Shown one piece after another: positions 1 through 7,595 of a stretch of DNA of 64,000 nucleotides (the first letter of the stretch is position 1; each line of letters starts with the position of its first letter). This DNA comes from Thermoplasmata archaeon (GTDB lineage Archaea; Thermoplasmatota; Thermoplasmata; Lutacidiplasmatales; UBA184), in NCBI GenBank assembly GCA_035272385.1, contig DATEQS010000007.1, positions 35,218 through 99,217 on the forward strand. Reading direction: 5' to 3'. Made by a program: the position numbers and the translations under genes. Under the pieces are notes generated by a model. That model saw nothing but the letters and a program-made list of their open reading frames with translations. It was not told the origin of the DNA and searched no databases.

Positions 1-284
1 GGTTCGATAGGGCCGTCCGCATCAACGAATCCAACAGAAGGATACAGCGTTTCGGCGAAGCCTCTCATCACCGCCCCGCCCTTTCCAAGTTTGGTCGGAT
101 GAAGTACGACCCGAACGTTCATGCCGGAGAATTCCCGGGCAATGCGCTCTGTTTGGTCCGTGCTCCCATCAATAACGACGAGAACCTCAAAGGGCATTCC
201 ACTAGCTTGGAGCGTTGTAAGATACCGTTCCAACGTATGACGGAGTCTCGACTCTTCATTCCAGGCCGGAATGACAATGCTCAC
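1..284 (-). CDS. Glycosyltransferase family 2 (dolichyl-phosphate sugar synthase-like), N-terminal part; gene runs off the window
   Basis: Manual minus-strand translation from GTG at 284: VSIVIPAWNEESRLRHTLERYLTTLQASGMPFEVLVVIDGSTDQTERIAREF...VGFVDADG. This is the typical GT2 N-terminus (IPAxNE ... DGSTD ... DAD). It is missing from the ORF track because it is truncated by the window edge. Confidence 0.7.
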   Translation of the reverse strand, partial: MSIVIPAWNEESRLRHTLERYLTTLQASGMPFEVLVVIDGSTDQTERIAREFSGMNVRVVLHPTKLGKGGAVMRGFAETLYPSVGFVDADGPIE

Positions 285-432
285 CCCAGGAGAATGAGCG
301 CCCGGTGTCGTCACTGGGAAAAAAGAGGAGACACAGACTATTTGCCACTTTGGAAGCTTCCAGTATTCGGATTGGGGCCAGGTTGTATAACAGAGGTGGT
401 TAGACCACAGCCCCTATGCGATTTGGTTGGTG

Positions 433-445
433 GGTGCAATTGCAC
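433..445. repeat. Palindrome copy A: GGTGCAA-TTGCAC (no-spacer variant of the GGTGCAA-N6-TTGCACC family)
   Basis: GTGCAATTGCAC is a perfect 12-nt palindrome. It sits in the 280-nt gap between the GT2 start and the stop of the 566..808 ORF, and shares the tgGGTGCAA left arm with copies B-F. Confidence 0.5.
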
Positions 446-565
446 ACACACAGTCGCTCTCGGAGAAGCCAAGTTTCACCTTGTCTGTGCTCGTAACGAC
501 CTTGCAGCCCAGTCGCAGTCATGGGAGAGATGACCCTGGTGAAAGGGCTTCGGCCATCCCCAATG

Positions 566-808
566 TCAGAGGCCGAACTGCTTCTTGACTTGCTCGTGAT
601 CGGTTACCCGTCCGGATCTGACCTCCAGCCGAGCGTTGAGCAATTCCCTCCGGAACACATCGCCGTACGGTCCCTCATTGTCGCCGTCTGGGACTAGGGC
701 CAGGAGCTTGTTTACGACTTCGTCGTAGGTCTCCCGAGGTGAGCTCTTCAGAGCGGCGAGTCGCTGGCGGGTTTTCGAAGTAACCTGAATAGCGGTGATC
801 ACGGTCAA
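566..808 (-). CDS. Small ribbon-helix-helix / antitoxin-like protein (orphan; no adjacent toxin seen)
   Basis: 80 aa. The N-terminus TAIQVTSKTRQRLAALKSSPRETYDEVVNKLLALV resembles archaeal RHH-type antitoxins. I found no convincing toxin ORF in the 280 nt downstream. Confidence 0.4.
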   Translation of the reverse strand: MTVITAIQVTSKTRQRLAALKSSPRETYDEVVNKLLALVPDGDNEGPYGDVFRRELLNARLEVRSGRVTDHEQVKKQFGL

Positions 809-946
809 AGAAATGTCATGTGGGCGACATATCGCTTCTGGCGCGCGTCCGATCGTACTATATCCATTCCAGTCCCAGAACGGCCGCGAGAACCGTTTTT
901 CTAGTCAATTTTGTGTTTAACGGCACCTACACCGAGGCGCTCCACC

Positions 947-1327
947 CTACCCCCGAGGAGACGCTTCCTCATATCGAGGAAACTTGGCGTTCCGAAGAAA
1001 TCGGGAAATGCGCGGAGCCTCTGAGTTTACGAACGCCCAAAGCTCGTTGATATTGACCATTTCTACGGGCAGGTCGTACGGATGAGCCACCGTGCGGCGG
1101 AGCGGACGGAGCCGATCCCAAGGTACCCTTGGGTTGAGGCCCTTGAAGGCGTTGCTGACTTTTTCTGCCGCCTCCGCGAACAACTCCGTGGCGTGCTCGG
1201 CAGCGTAGCGGACCAGAGGATCCGATCCGAGGGCTTCCTTTCCCTTTCGCGCGATCACGTCTAAGATCTCTGCGTGGTGGAGCATCTCCGAGACCAGGAA
1301 GCGATCGCGCTGCTCGTCGGCCTTCAA
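947..1327 (-). CDS. HEPN/DUF86 (HepT-like) toxin of an MNT-HEPN pair
   Basis: 126 aa with the Rx4H motif (RRTVAHPYD). It overlaps the upstream nucleotidyltransferase gene by 4 nt. Confidence 0.75.
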   Translation of the reverse strand: MKADEQRDRFLVSEMLHHAEILDVIARKGKEALGSDPLVRYAAEHATELFAEAAEKVSNAFKGLNPRVPWDRLRPLRRTVAHPYDLPVEMVNINELWAFVNSEAPRISRFLRNAKFPRYEEASPRG

Positions 1328-1761
1328 AGTGGCACCGCTTCTGCCTCCACCTGGGGCGCGATGGCCCAGTGAACTCCACCTTCGTTGACGACATCCACGG
1401 GGCGGCCAACGACCTTCTCGATAGCCAAGCCAAGGCCGGCCCGGTCCAGAAGCGAATGGGGCCTATTCCACGTCACGAGAAGATCGACGTCGCTCTTCTC
1501 GGTCGCCTCCCTTCGACGGACCGAGCCGAACACGCGAATTTGAGTGACCCCGTAACTCCGTGCGACACGAAGGATCTCCTTCCGATGGGGAAGCAGAATG
1601 CTGTCGATTCCAAGTCCCTTGCCGAGTTTCACCGGCCGTATTTTCGGGACGTCCCATAGCTGCGACTTACAACGAGGGCACCTGCGGACCGGGCTCTTCA
1701 CCGGGGTCCAAAAGTGGAAGCAGCGATAACAGTGAAGCCTCGGAATCACCACGTCCTGCAC
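1324..1761 (-). CDS. MNT-type minimal nucleotidyltransferase (antitoxin) with N-terminal CxxC...CxxC zinc ribbon
   Basis: GS-x10-DxD motif (VFGSVRRREATEKSDVDLLV). The N-terminal 45 aa carry CYRC...CPRC. GTG start at 1761. Confidence 0.75.
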   Translation of the reverse strand: MQDVVIPRLHCYRCFHFWTPVKSPVRRCPRCKSQLWDVPKIRPVKLGKGLGIDSILLPHRKEILRVARSYGVTQIRVFGSVRRREATEKSDVDLLVTWNRPHSLLDRAGLGLAIEKVVGRPVDVVNEGGVHWAIAPQVEAEAVPL

Positions 1762-1792
1762 AGCCCTTCTCCACCCGGTTTCATGGCGGGAA

Positions 1793-1821
1793 CATCTATA
1801 AAACTTACGCCGGCGTAAGTT
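1793..1821 (-). promoter_or_regulatory. Putative promoter of the MNT-HEPN operon: TATA box (minus strand TTTTATAG) abutting a perfect 20-nt palindrome
   Basis: AACTTACGCCGGCGTAAGTT (1802..1821) is a perfect palindrome. It overlaps the BRE/TATA position ~35-60 nt upstream of the GTG at 1761. Confidence 0.4.
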
Positions 1822-1970
1822 CTCTTGCCGATGTTCGCGAGGGCCGAACCGGCCGACCCATCTACTCCGGGGTCAGAAACTCAATTACTGCTCGAGCTGC
1901 TCGCGTGGATAGATACGGTCGGACTCCGAAACTGTGGAGGCCGGTGGGTCCGATTCTCGCTGCTAGATTG

Positions 1971-1990
1971 GGTGCCACGGCACTTGCACC
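1971..1990. repeat. Palindrome copy B: GGTGCCA-cggcac-TTGCACC (one arm mismatch)
   Basis: Intergenic, between the MNT start and the Fic stop. Flanks TTGG/TCAA extend the pairing. Confidence 0.5.
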
Positions 1991-2124
1991 TCAAGAATCG
2001 AGTGTTGATCAGCGCGGCCCGGGGGGGGCGGGCCGAGCCCCCCTTCAGATGGTCTTCGTTACTATCGATGCCACAGCAATGAAAGCATAAGTTATCGATA
2101 CGATTTCGATGACCCTCGTGGAGA

Positions 2125-3204
2125 TCAAAGGCGAACGTGGCCCGCCCTGGACTCGAGCTTCGCGAGGTACATGGGGCTAAGTCGGTACCGCCGACCTCTT
2201 CGCTCTCCTTTTGCTTCGAGGATTCCGGCCTGGCGGAGCCGCCTCAGTGACTGCGTGATCGCGGGAAGACTGAATTGCCCTGGATTCGGAAAATCACCGT
2301 GGCGGAACCACTCTCCGCTCCCTGAGAGCGCCCACGTCAGAAGGCTCCTGACGACCCGACTCTCAAATCGCTCGACGGTGGGTCGGAGATCGGTCCGGGA
2401 CGCGGCCATGCGATACCCCCGGAGCAGTTGCTTCACGAAGTACCTCAACCAAAGTTCGTACCGCGCTCCCGAGTTCGTGGTCGCTATCATGTCGTAATAT
2501 CGGGTTCGCGTCAGGAAGAATTGGGTGTCGACGGGAACTAGCGGAGCGTTCTTCAGTCCGAGCGAAGCCAACAGCGAGAGGTTGAACAGTCGGCCAATCC
2601 GACCGTTTCCGTCCATGAAAGGATGGATTGCTTGGAACTCAGCAAAGAATATGCCGGCGACAATAGGAGCGGGGTAGAGATACCTGGAATCCTCGAACCA
2701 ACGGATCAACGCCGTGAGTTCGCGTTGGACACGCTTGGGCGGAGTCGGTACGAAAATGACCCGACCCGTTCCGACCTCCACAATCGCATTATGTCTCTCC
2801 TTCAGAGTCCCCGTGACTGATTCCGGAAGGACTCCTTCGAACACTTCCTTGTGTACAGAGCATAGACTTGGAATCGTCAGCGGGAGCAGCTTCCCTCGGG
2901 CAATCCGGTCGTAGACGCGACTCAGCTGGAGCACAGCACGTTCATTCGGTGTCTCCGCCACCTCGGTGTCGAGCACTTCGACGGCCCGTCCAAGCTCAAC
3001 CTTCTCCCCCTCGATGAGCATACTGCTTACAATGTTCCGAACGCGTGCCACACGTAGCAACACTTGCTGGAGGGCCGGGGACAGAAGGCTAGCGTCGAGC
3101 CGGCCATCCGTCCGGATGCAGTCCACTGAGGGCAGAACGATGTCCTCCCTCAGGGCAACATGGGGCCTGAAACGGGCCGATGTGTCAGGTTTCATCGCGG
3201 CCAT
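2125..3204 (-). CDS. Fic/DOC family protein (AMPylase-type), class II, with N-terminal inhibitory helix and C-terminal wHTH-like tail
   Basis: Fic motif HPFMDGNGRIGR. Inhibitory motif S-x3-E-G at residues 61-66 (SMLIEG), N-terminal to the Fic core. Confidence 0.85.
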   Translation of the reverse strand: MAAMKPDTSARFRPHVALREDIVLPSVDCIRTDGRLDASLLSPALQQVLLRVARVRNIVSSMLIEGEKVELGRAVEVLDTEVAETPNERAVLQLSRVYDRIARGKLLPLTIPSLCSVHKEVFEGVLPESVTGTLKERHNAIVEVGTGRVIFVPTPPKRVQRELTALIRWFEDSRYLYPAPIVAGIFFAEFQAIHPFMDGNGRIGRLFNLSLLASLGLKNAPLVPVDTQFFLTRTRYYDMIATTNSGARYELWLRYFVKQLLRGYRMAASRTDLRPTVERFESRVVRSLLTWALSGSGEWFRHGDFPNPGQFSLPAITQSLRRLRQAGILEAKGERRGRRYRLSPMYLAKLESRAGHVRL

Positions 3205-3208
3205 GTGA

Positions 3209-3233
3209 ATATCGATATATTATCAATATTTAA
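3209..3233 (-). promoter_or_regulatory. Putative leaderless promoter of fic: TATA (minus strand TTAAATAT, 3226..3233) plus a 10-nt palindrome ATATCGATAT (3209..3218) just upstream of the ATG
   Basis: An AT-rich block sits immediately upstream of the start codon at 3204. TATA-to-ATG spacing is ~22 nt. Confidence 0.45.
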
Positions 3234-3339
3234 CTACACCCTCGCTGACGATAAATGAAAGATTCGTCATCAATCCACGGTTGGTCGCAGAGAATAGAAA
3301 CGAGGTGAGCCCTTTCAAGCGGGTCGCGATTCGCGCCTG

Positions 3340-3359
3340 GGTGCAACGCCAATTGCACC
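3340..3359. repeat. Palindrome copy C: GGTGCAA-cgccaa-TTGCACC
   Basis: Exact 7-nt arms, 4 nt beyond the stop codon of the PIN gene (3364). Confidence 0.55.
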
Positions 3360-3363
3360 TACG

Positions 3364-3795
3364 CTACCCTTTGCCTCTGCTTTGTTCGAGGGCGCTCTCT
3401 GGATTTCGTACGACCTTGATCCGTCGGATTCGCCGGAAGTCTTTGTCGTATGTCCAAACTGGCGCCTCTAGTGCGAGCGCAAGGGCGACGTAGTCCTCGT
3501 CCCCTTCAGCGCCCGCCGCTCTCGTTAGCTCGAGTGCTTCTTTCATTTGTCCGGCGTAGGCCCAGCGCGGCACGACGTCCACCCGACCAAAGAGGTCGTC
3601 AATCAGGCCAGTTAGCACCGGGGGTGGAAGTCCAGAAAGGGCGAGGAGTTTCGGAGTTTTGCGTCGAAGCTCCTCTAAAATGAATTCGGGTACGTAGAAC
3701 TCGACGTCAGTTGCCTGAAACAAAGCCCTACGAGAACTCCCGTCAGAAAGCGCGCAGGCCACCAAGACGCTCGCGTCGACGATGATCCGGGTCAC
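3364..3795 (-). CDS. vapC: PIN-domain ribonuclease toxin (VapC-like)
   Basis: 143 aa. N-terminus IIVDASVLV, with later acidic residues (EEL, DEDY, YDKD) in the usual PIN positions. It overlaps the upstream small ORF by 4 nt. Confidence 0.8.
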   Translation of the reverse strand: MTRIIVDASVLVACALSDGSSRRALFQATDVEFYVPEFILEELRRKTPKLLALSGLPPPVLTGLIDDLFGRVDVVPRWAYAGQMKEALELTRAAGAEGDEDYVALALALEAPVWTYDKDFRRIRRIKVVRNPESALEQSRGKG

Positions 3796-4010
3796 TTGGA
3801 GCGCCTGGACGCCGAACGACGAATCTCCCGCCCCACCTGAACAGCGTCGGATGGGGTCAATCGAGACGAACCCAGCAGCCGGTCATAGACATTGAGCCTG
3901 CCAAGTTGGGTGCGAATGGCCGACCTGGCGACCTCGGCCCACTTGATCTCCGGATGCGCCTTCATTTCCTTGTGCAGTTCCTCGGGCAACGAGAAAGTCA
4001 TGTTCGGCAT
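3792..4010 (-). CDS. vapB: VapB-like antitoxin (RHH-like N-terminus)
   Basis: 72 aa beginning MTFSLPEELHKEMK. It is translationally coupled to the PIN gene. The upstream region (4031..4046) is AT-rich. Confidence 0.65.
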   Translation of the reverse strand: MPNMTFSLPEELHKEMKAHPEIKWAEVARSAIRTQLGRLNVYDRLLGSSRLTPSDAVQVGREIRRSASRRSK

Positions 4011-4102
4011 GTGATTCTACTTATCACACGTAATTAAGTATATTACCTTAGCGATGTTTGTCAGCAAAGTTTAGGTCACCGCTCATCGTTAGCTCACCTG
4101 CG

Positions 4103-4438
4103 ATGACCTCCTCCGCACTTGACCGGCTGCGTGCACGAGTGAGCGATCCGTGGAGGGCATACTTGAGAGAGGTCCACTCTGAGTCAACGATCTCTGAGAG
4201 TGAGCTGTTGGCCTTTCTGAACACTGGCGATGATAGCTCGACCGAAGAGCAGGCAGAGGCCGTTCCCCCGTACCGATGCGACTGGCCAAATTGCAAGCGG
4301 TCCCCTTTTGTTGAGGTCTACCCAATCGAAGGGGGTTGGAATTATCTCTGCCGCTGGCACTTCTACTTCGACAGACTTAGCTTCATTGCGAGAATACGTG
4401 CCTATCCAAATCTCTGGTGCACTGCGGAAGGCATCTGA
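4103..4438 (+). CDS. Hypothetical small protein with a C-terminal Cys/His cluster
   Basis: Contains CDWPNC...CRWH. The ATG at 4103 is preferred over the TTG at 4058. It is divergent from vapBC. No family recognised. Confidence 0.3.
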   Translation: MTSSALDRLRARVSDPWRAYLREVHSESTISESELLAFLNTGDDSSTEEQAEAVPPYRCDWPNCKRSPFVEVYPIEGGWNYLCRWHFYFDRLSFIARIRAYPNLWCTAEGI

Positions 4439-4507
4439 AAAGACCTGGAGTAATAGATTCGACCGGTCGAACGACCGGTCTTGGCCGGAAGTCTGGGAGT
4501 TTCGGCG

Positions 4508-4535
4508 CGTGGGTGCAATGGCACTTGCACCCACG
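4508..4535. repeat. Palindrome copy D: CGTGGGTGCAA-tggcac-TTGCACCCACG (11-nt perfect arms)
   Basis: Intergenic, between 4438 and the UbiD-family start at 4688. Confidence 0.6.
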
Positions 4536-4687
4536 GGCGTCTGAGAATGTCTCAATCGTAGCCCATGACCGGCTCCGGGCGATTGCCTCTGGAGACCCTG
4601 GGAAGTTCGGCCGTGAGGTACCCTCCTCGAGGAGACTTCACGGAAGGATTATCCAGCGAACCGAACACGTGGTCGAGAGAAGGGGAG

Positions 4688-5977
4688 ATGAAATTCAGGG
4701 ATTTCCTTGCCCAGCTTGACTCGGAGGGGCTGCTCCTCAAGGTACCGGAGCAGGTAAGCACGAAGCTCGAGATTGCGTCCCTCCTCAAGCACAACGACGG
4801 CCGACCGACCCTCTTCGAGAACGTGGAGGGCTCTGCGGTCCCTGTCGCCGGCAACCTCCTCAGTAGCATGGACCTCCTCTGCAAGAGTATCGGGATTCGA
4901 AAGGAGGACTGGATTGCGAAACTCAACTTCGCGATGAAGCATCCGGGAGCGATACGAGAGGGCCAGAGCGAGTTCGATTACTTCGACCCGGACCTCGATC
5001 TACTCCCAATTCTGGCGCATTATCCGAAGGACCAGGGCGTCTACGTCACGTCCGGAGTCGTGTTCGCGCAGCGGGGGAGCTCTCGGAACATGTCGTTCCA
5101 CCGGCTGTCTCGAATCGGTAAGGACCGATTCGTCGGCCGGCTCGTGGAAAAGCGCGACCTGCATACGATGTACCTCGACGCGCGGGATCACGGCGAAGAC
5201 CTCGACGTTTCGATCGGCATCGGCAACAGCTCGGGAGTGCTGGTCGCCGGGGCCACCAGCGTGGAACGGGGTCTCTTCGAACTGGGCATCGCCGCCGCCC
5301 TGGAGAATGGCATCGAGGTTGCAAAGGCCCGAACGAACAGCACGAGCTATCCGATCGACACGGAAATCGTCCTTGAAGGGAAGATTCTCCACGATGAAAC
5401 CACCCAGGAGGGGCCCTTCGTCGACCTGACCAACACCTACGATGGGGTACGGGAGCAGCCGGTCTTCGTCATCGATAAGATCGGCATGAGAAAGAATGCG
5501 ATCTACCACGCGCTACTCCCGGGAGGTAACGAGCATCGGCTGCTCATGGGAGCGCCGAGAACTCCCACGATTTACAAGGCTCTCCAGACCGCGGGCATCG
5601 ACGTCCGGAACGTCTACCTCACGGTGGGGGGCAGCGGCTGGCTCGACGCGGTAGTGGCGATCCAGAAGAAGAGCGACCGGGACCCCGGGGTCGCGATCGA
5701 GGCGGCGATCAACGGCCATCGGAGTCTGAAGAAGATCACGATCGTCGACAGCGATGTAGATATCACGGACCCGAACGAGGTCAACTACGCCGTCACCATG
5801 TACTGGGAAGCCGGAAAGGAGGTCGTGATGAAGGGCGTGAAGGGGTCGAGTTTGGACCCTATGGCCACGCTGGACGGCATCGGGTCCAAGTTGGGAATCG
5901 ATGCGACACGACCTCTCGTCGTGCCCGCCGATAAAGAGCTGAAGATGAAAAGGGCCGAGATGGCCGTCGACGGGTAG
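4688..5977 (+). CDS. UbiD-family (prenyl-FMN dependent) decarboxylase, short archaeal type; candidate anhydromevalonate-phosphate decarboxylase
   Basis: ~429 aa from ATG 4688 (GGGGAG precedes it). UbiD-like sequence throughout. The context is the adjacent AcnX gene. Confidence 0.8.
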   Translation: MKFRDFLAQLDSEGLLLKVPEQVSTKLEIASLLKHNDGRPTLFENVEGSAVPVAGNLLSSMDLLCKSIGIRKEDWIAKLNFAMKHPGAIREGQSEFDYFDPDLDLLPILAHYPKDQGVYVTSGVVFAQRGSSRNMSFHRLSRIGKDRFVGRLVEKRDLHTMYLDARDHGEDLDVSIGIGNSSGVLVAGATSVERGLFELGIAAALENGIEVAKARTNSTSYPIDTEIVLEGKILHDETTQEGPFVDLTNTYDGVREQPVFVIDKIGMRKNAIYHALLPGGNEHRLLMGAPRTPTIYKALQTAGIDVRNVYLTVGGSGWLDAVVAIQKKSDRDPGVAIEAAINGHRSLKKITIVDSDVDITDPNEVNYAVTMYWEAGKEVVMKGVKGSSLDPMATLDGIGSKLGIDATRPLVVPADKELKMKRAEMAVDG

Positions 5978-5987
5978 CCGAGGGCCG

Positions 5988-7466
5988 ATGCAGGAACTCC
6001 GAACCCGGCAACAGATCTCCTGGCTCGACGATGTCGACAAGGACGGTGTCATCATCAACCCCGCCCACGACCTCTACGGGAAGAGCCTCGCGGGCAGCGC
6101 GCTCTACTTTCCCTCCGCCTCCGGTTCGACCGTCGGTTCCGACCGCATCGTGAACCTCGCAGTCCATGGCGTTGCCCCGAAGAAGATCGTGCTCGAAAAG
6201 GCCGACCCCATCACGATGTGGGGCGCGATCCTTGGTAAGATCGACATCGAGATCAGCGGAACGGTCAAGCGGTCGGTGGACCGACACAAGCTCGAGAGCC
6301 TGGGGATCGAAGCTGAAATCGTCGATTTTCTGGTAAGAGCCGGAGAGCTTCTCGGAACGGACGAGTTCATACCGGCGGAGCACGTCCAGATCGCCGGAGT
6401 CTCCTACAAAACTATCACCGAAACCGGCCTCGAGCTTCGACGGTATTTTGGGAGCAAGTACAAGTTCCGGTCCAAGAACGTCACGATCAACCCCGCCGGA
6501 ATGGACATGGAGGATTGGCGAGCCCACGGGATTCCGGAGGAGTTTGCGCGGAAGCAGAACGAGATCATCGAGATCTATTGCAAGATGGGCGCCATTCCGA
6601 CCATCACCTGTACCCCCTACCTGATCGGCAGTATGCCCGCGCCGTTTGTCGATTCCTTCCTTTCGGAATCCTCGGTGGTGGCCTTCGCGAACTCGGTGCT
6701 GGGAGTGAGAACCAACCGGGAGTCGGGCTTGAGCACGCTGCTCTACGCCATCGCGGGATACGGTCCGAGGTATGGACTGCATCTTCCCGAGAACCGAAAC
6801 CCACGGCTCGAGGTCCACGTGGATTGCGAATTGCGGGGAGTAGTGGATTTCAGCCTCTTGGGTTACCGACTGGGCGAGCTCGTCAAGGGTAGGATCCCGT
6901 ACATCACGGGCATCCATTCCCGACCGACCCTGGAAGAGTTCAAGGTCCTGAGCGCCGCGGGCGCAGCTTCGGGCTCGATCGACCTGTATCACATCGAGGG
7001 CATCACGCCGGAAGCGAAGACGGGTCTGATCAGGCTCGACACCATCGAAGAGACGATTGAGATCACTCGGGATTCCCTCAACGAAGCCAAAGAAAGGCTC
7101 AACACGGGCAAAGTGGAAGAGCTCGACATGGTGACGTTCGGATGTCCCCACGCGTCATTGAACGAGGTGCGAGAGATCGCCTCGCTCCTGGAGGGAAAGA
7201 AGGTCCGGGCGGGCGTGACTCTCTGGGTCTGCACGTCCCGAGCGGTCAAGGAGATGTCGAAGAGGTTGGGCTATGTCGCCACGGTGGAGGCGGCGGGCGG
7301 GAATGTCGTCGCCGACACCTGCATGGTGGTGGCACCCATCGAGGATATGGGTCACAAGACCACGGCCACCAATTCCGGGAAGGCGGCCAAGTACCTGCCG
7401 AGATTCTGTCAGCAGCACGTGGTCTTCAGCTCCGCCGAGGAAATCATCGGCCGAATCGCGAGCTGA
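5988..7466 (+). CDS. Aconitase X (AcnX) fusion: DUF126-like swivel domain followed by DUF521-like catalytic domain; candidate phosphomevalonate dehydratase
   Basis: The N-terminus ISWLDDVDKDGVII...FPSASGSTVGSDRIVNLAVHGVAPKKIV is DUF126-like. The C-terminal part has ESSVVAFANSVLGVRTNRESG, TCTPY, FGCPHAS and ADTCMV, which are DUF521-like with three Cys. Confidence 0.8.
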   Translation: MQELRTRQQISWLDDVDKDGVIINPAHDLYGKSLAGSALYFPSASGSTVGSDRIVNLAVHGVAPKKIVLEKADPITMWGAILGKIDIEISGTVKRSVDRHKLESLGIEAEIVDFLVRAGELLGTDEFIPAEHVQIAGVSYKTITETGLELRRYFGSKYKFRSKNVTINPAGMDMEDWRAHGIPEEFARKQNEIIEIYCKMGAIPTITCTPYLIGSMPAPFVDSFLSESSVVAFANSVLGVRTNRESGLSTLLYAIAGYGPRYGLHLPENRNPRLEVHVDCELRGVVDFSLLGYRLGELVKGRIPYITGIHSRPTLEEFKVLSAAGAASGSIDLYHIEGITPEAKTGLIRLDTIEETIEITRDSLNEAKERLNTGKVEELDMVTFGCPHASLNEVREIASLLEGKKVRAGVTLWVCTSRAVKEMSKRLGYVATVEAAGGNVVADTCMVVAPIEDMGHKTTATNSGKAAKYLPRFCQQHVVFSSAEEIIGRIAS

Positions 7467-7595
7467 CGGTAGACGCCCGCGACGGACGGGAAATCCGCCA
7501 AGAAATCGGTGCGGGGGCACCCGCCCCCGGCTCTCCCCGTTAGGAAATCTCGAATCTAACGATGTTCCTGCGGACGGATGCCATCCGTTTCAATC

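Noticed and set aside
99-533. 144-aa plus-strand ORF at the left edge.
   Set aside because: Its first half is antisense to a clear GT2 glycosyltransferase N-terminus (1..284, minus strand). The rest crosses an intergenic region containing hairpin copy A. The product is not recognisable.
285-565. Search for a missing toxin gene downstream of the orphan antitoxin-like ORF (566..808).
   Set aside because: Minus-strand translation of the 280-nt gap gives only a 44-codon ORF (MTATGLQGRYEHRQGETWLL...) that runs through hairpin copy A and resembles no toxin family. I did not annotate it.
2021-2043. A G8 run and the all-GC hairpin GGGGGGC-gggccga-GCCCCCC downstream of fic. Similar GC hairpins occur at 7524-7541, 7575-7589 and 14350-14369.
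   Set aside because: These are unique, short, simple GC stems at gene 3' ends in GC-rich DNA. They are plausible incidental or terminator-like structures, with no repetition or conservation evidence available.
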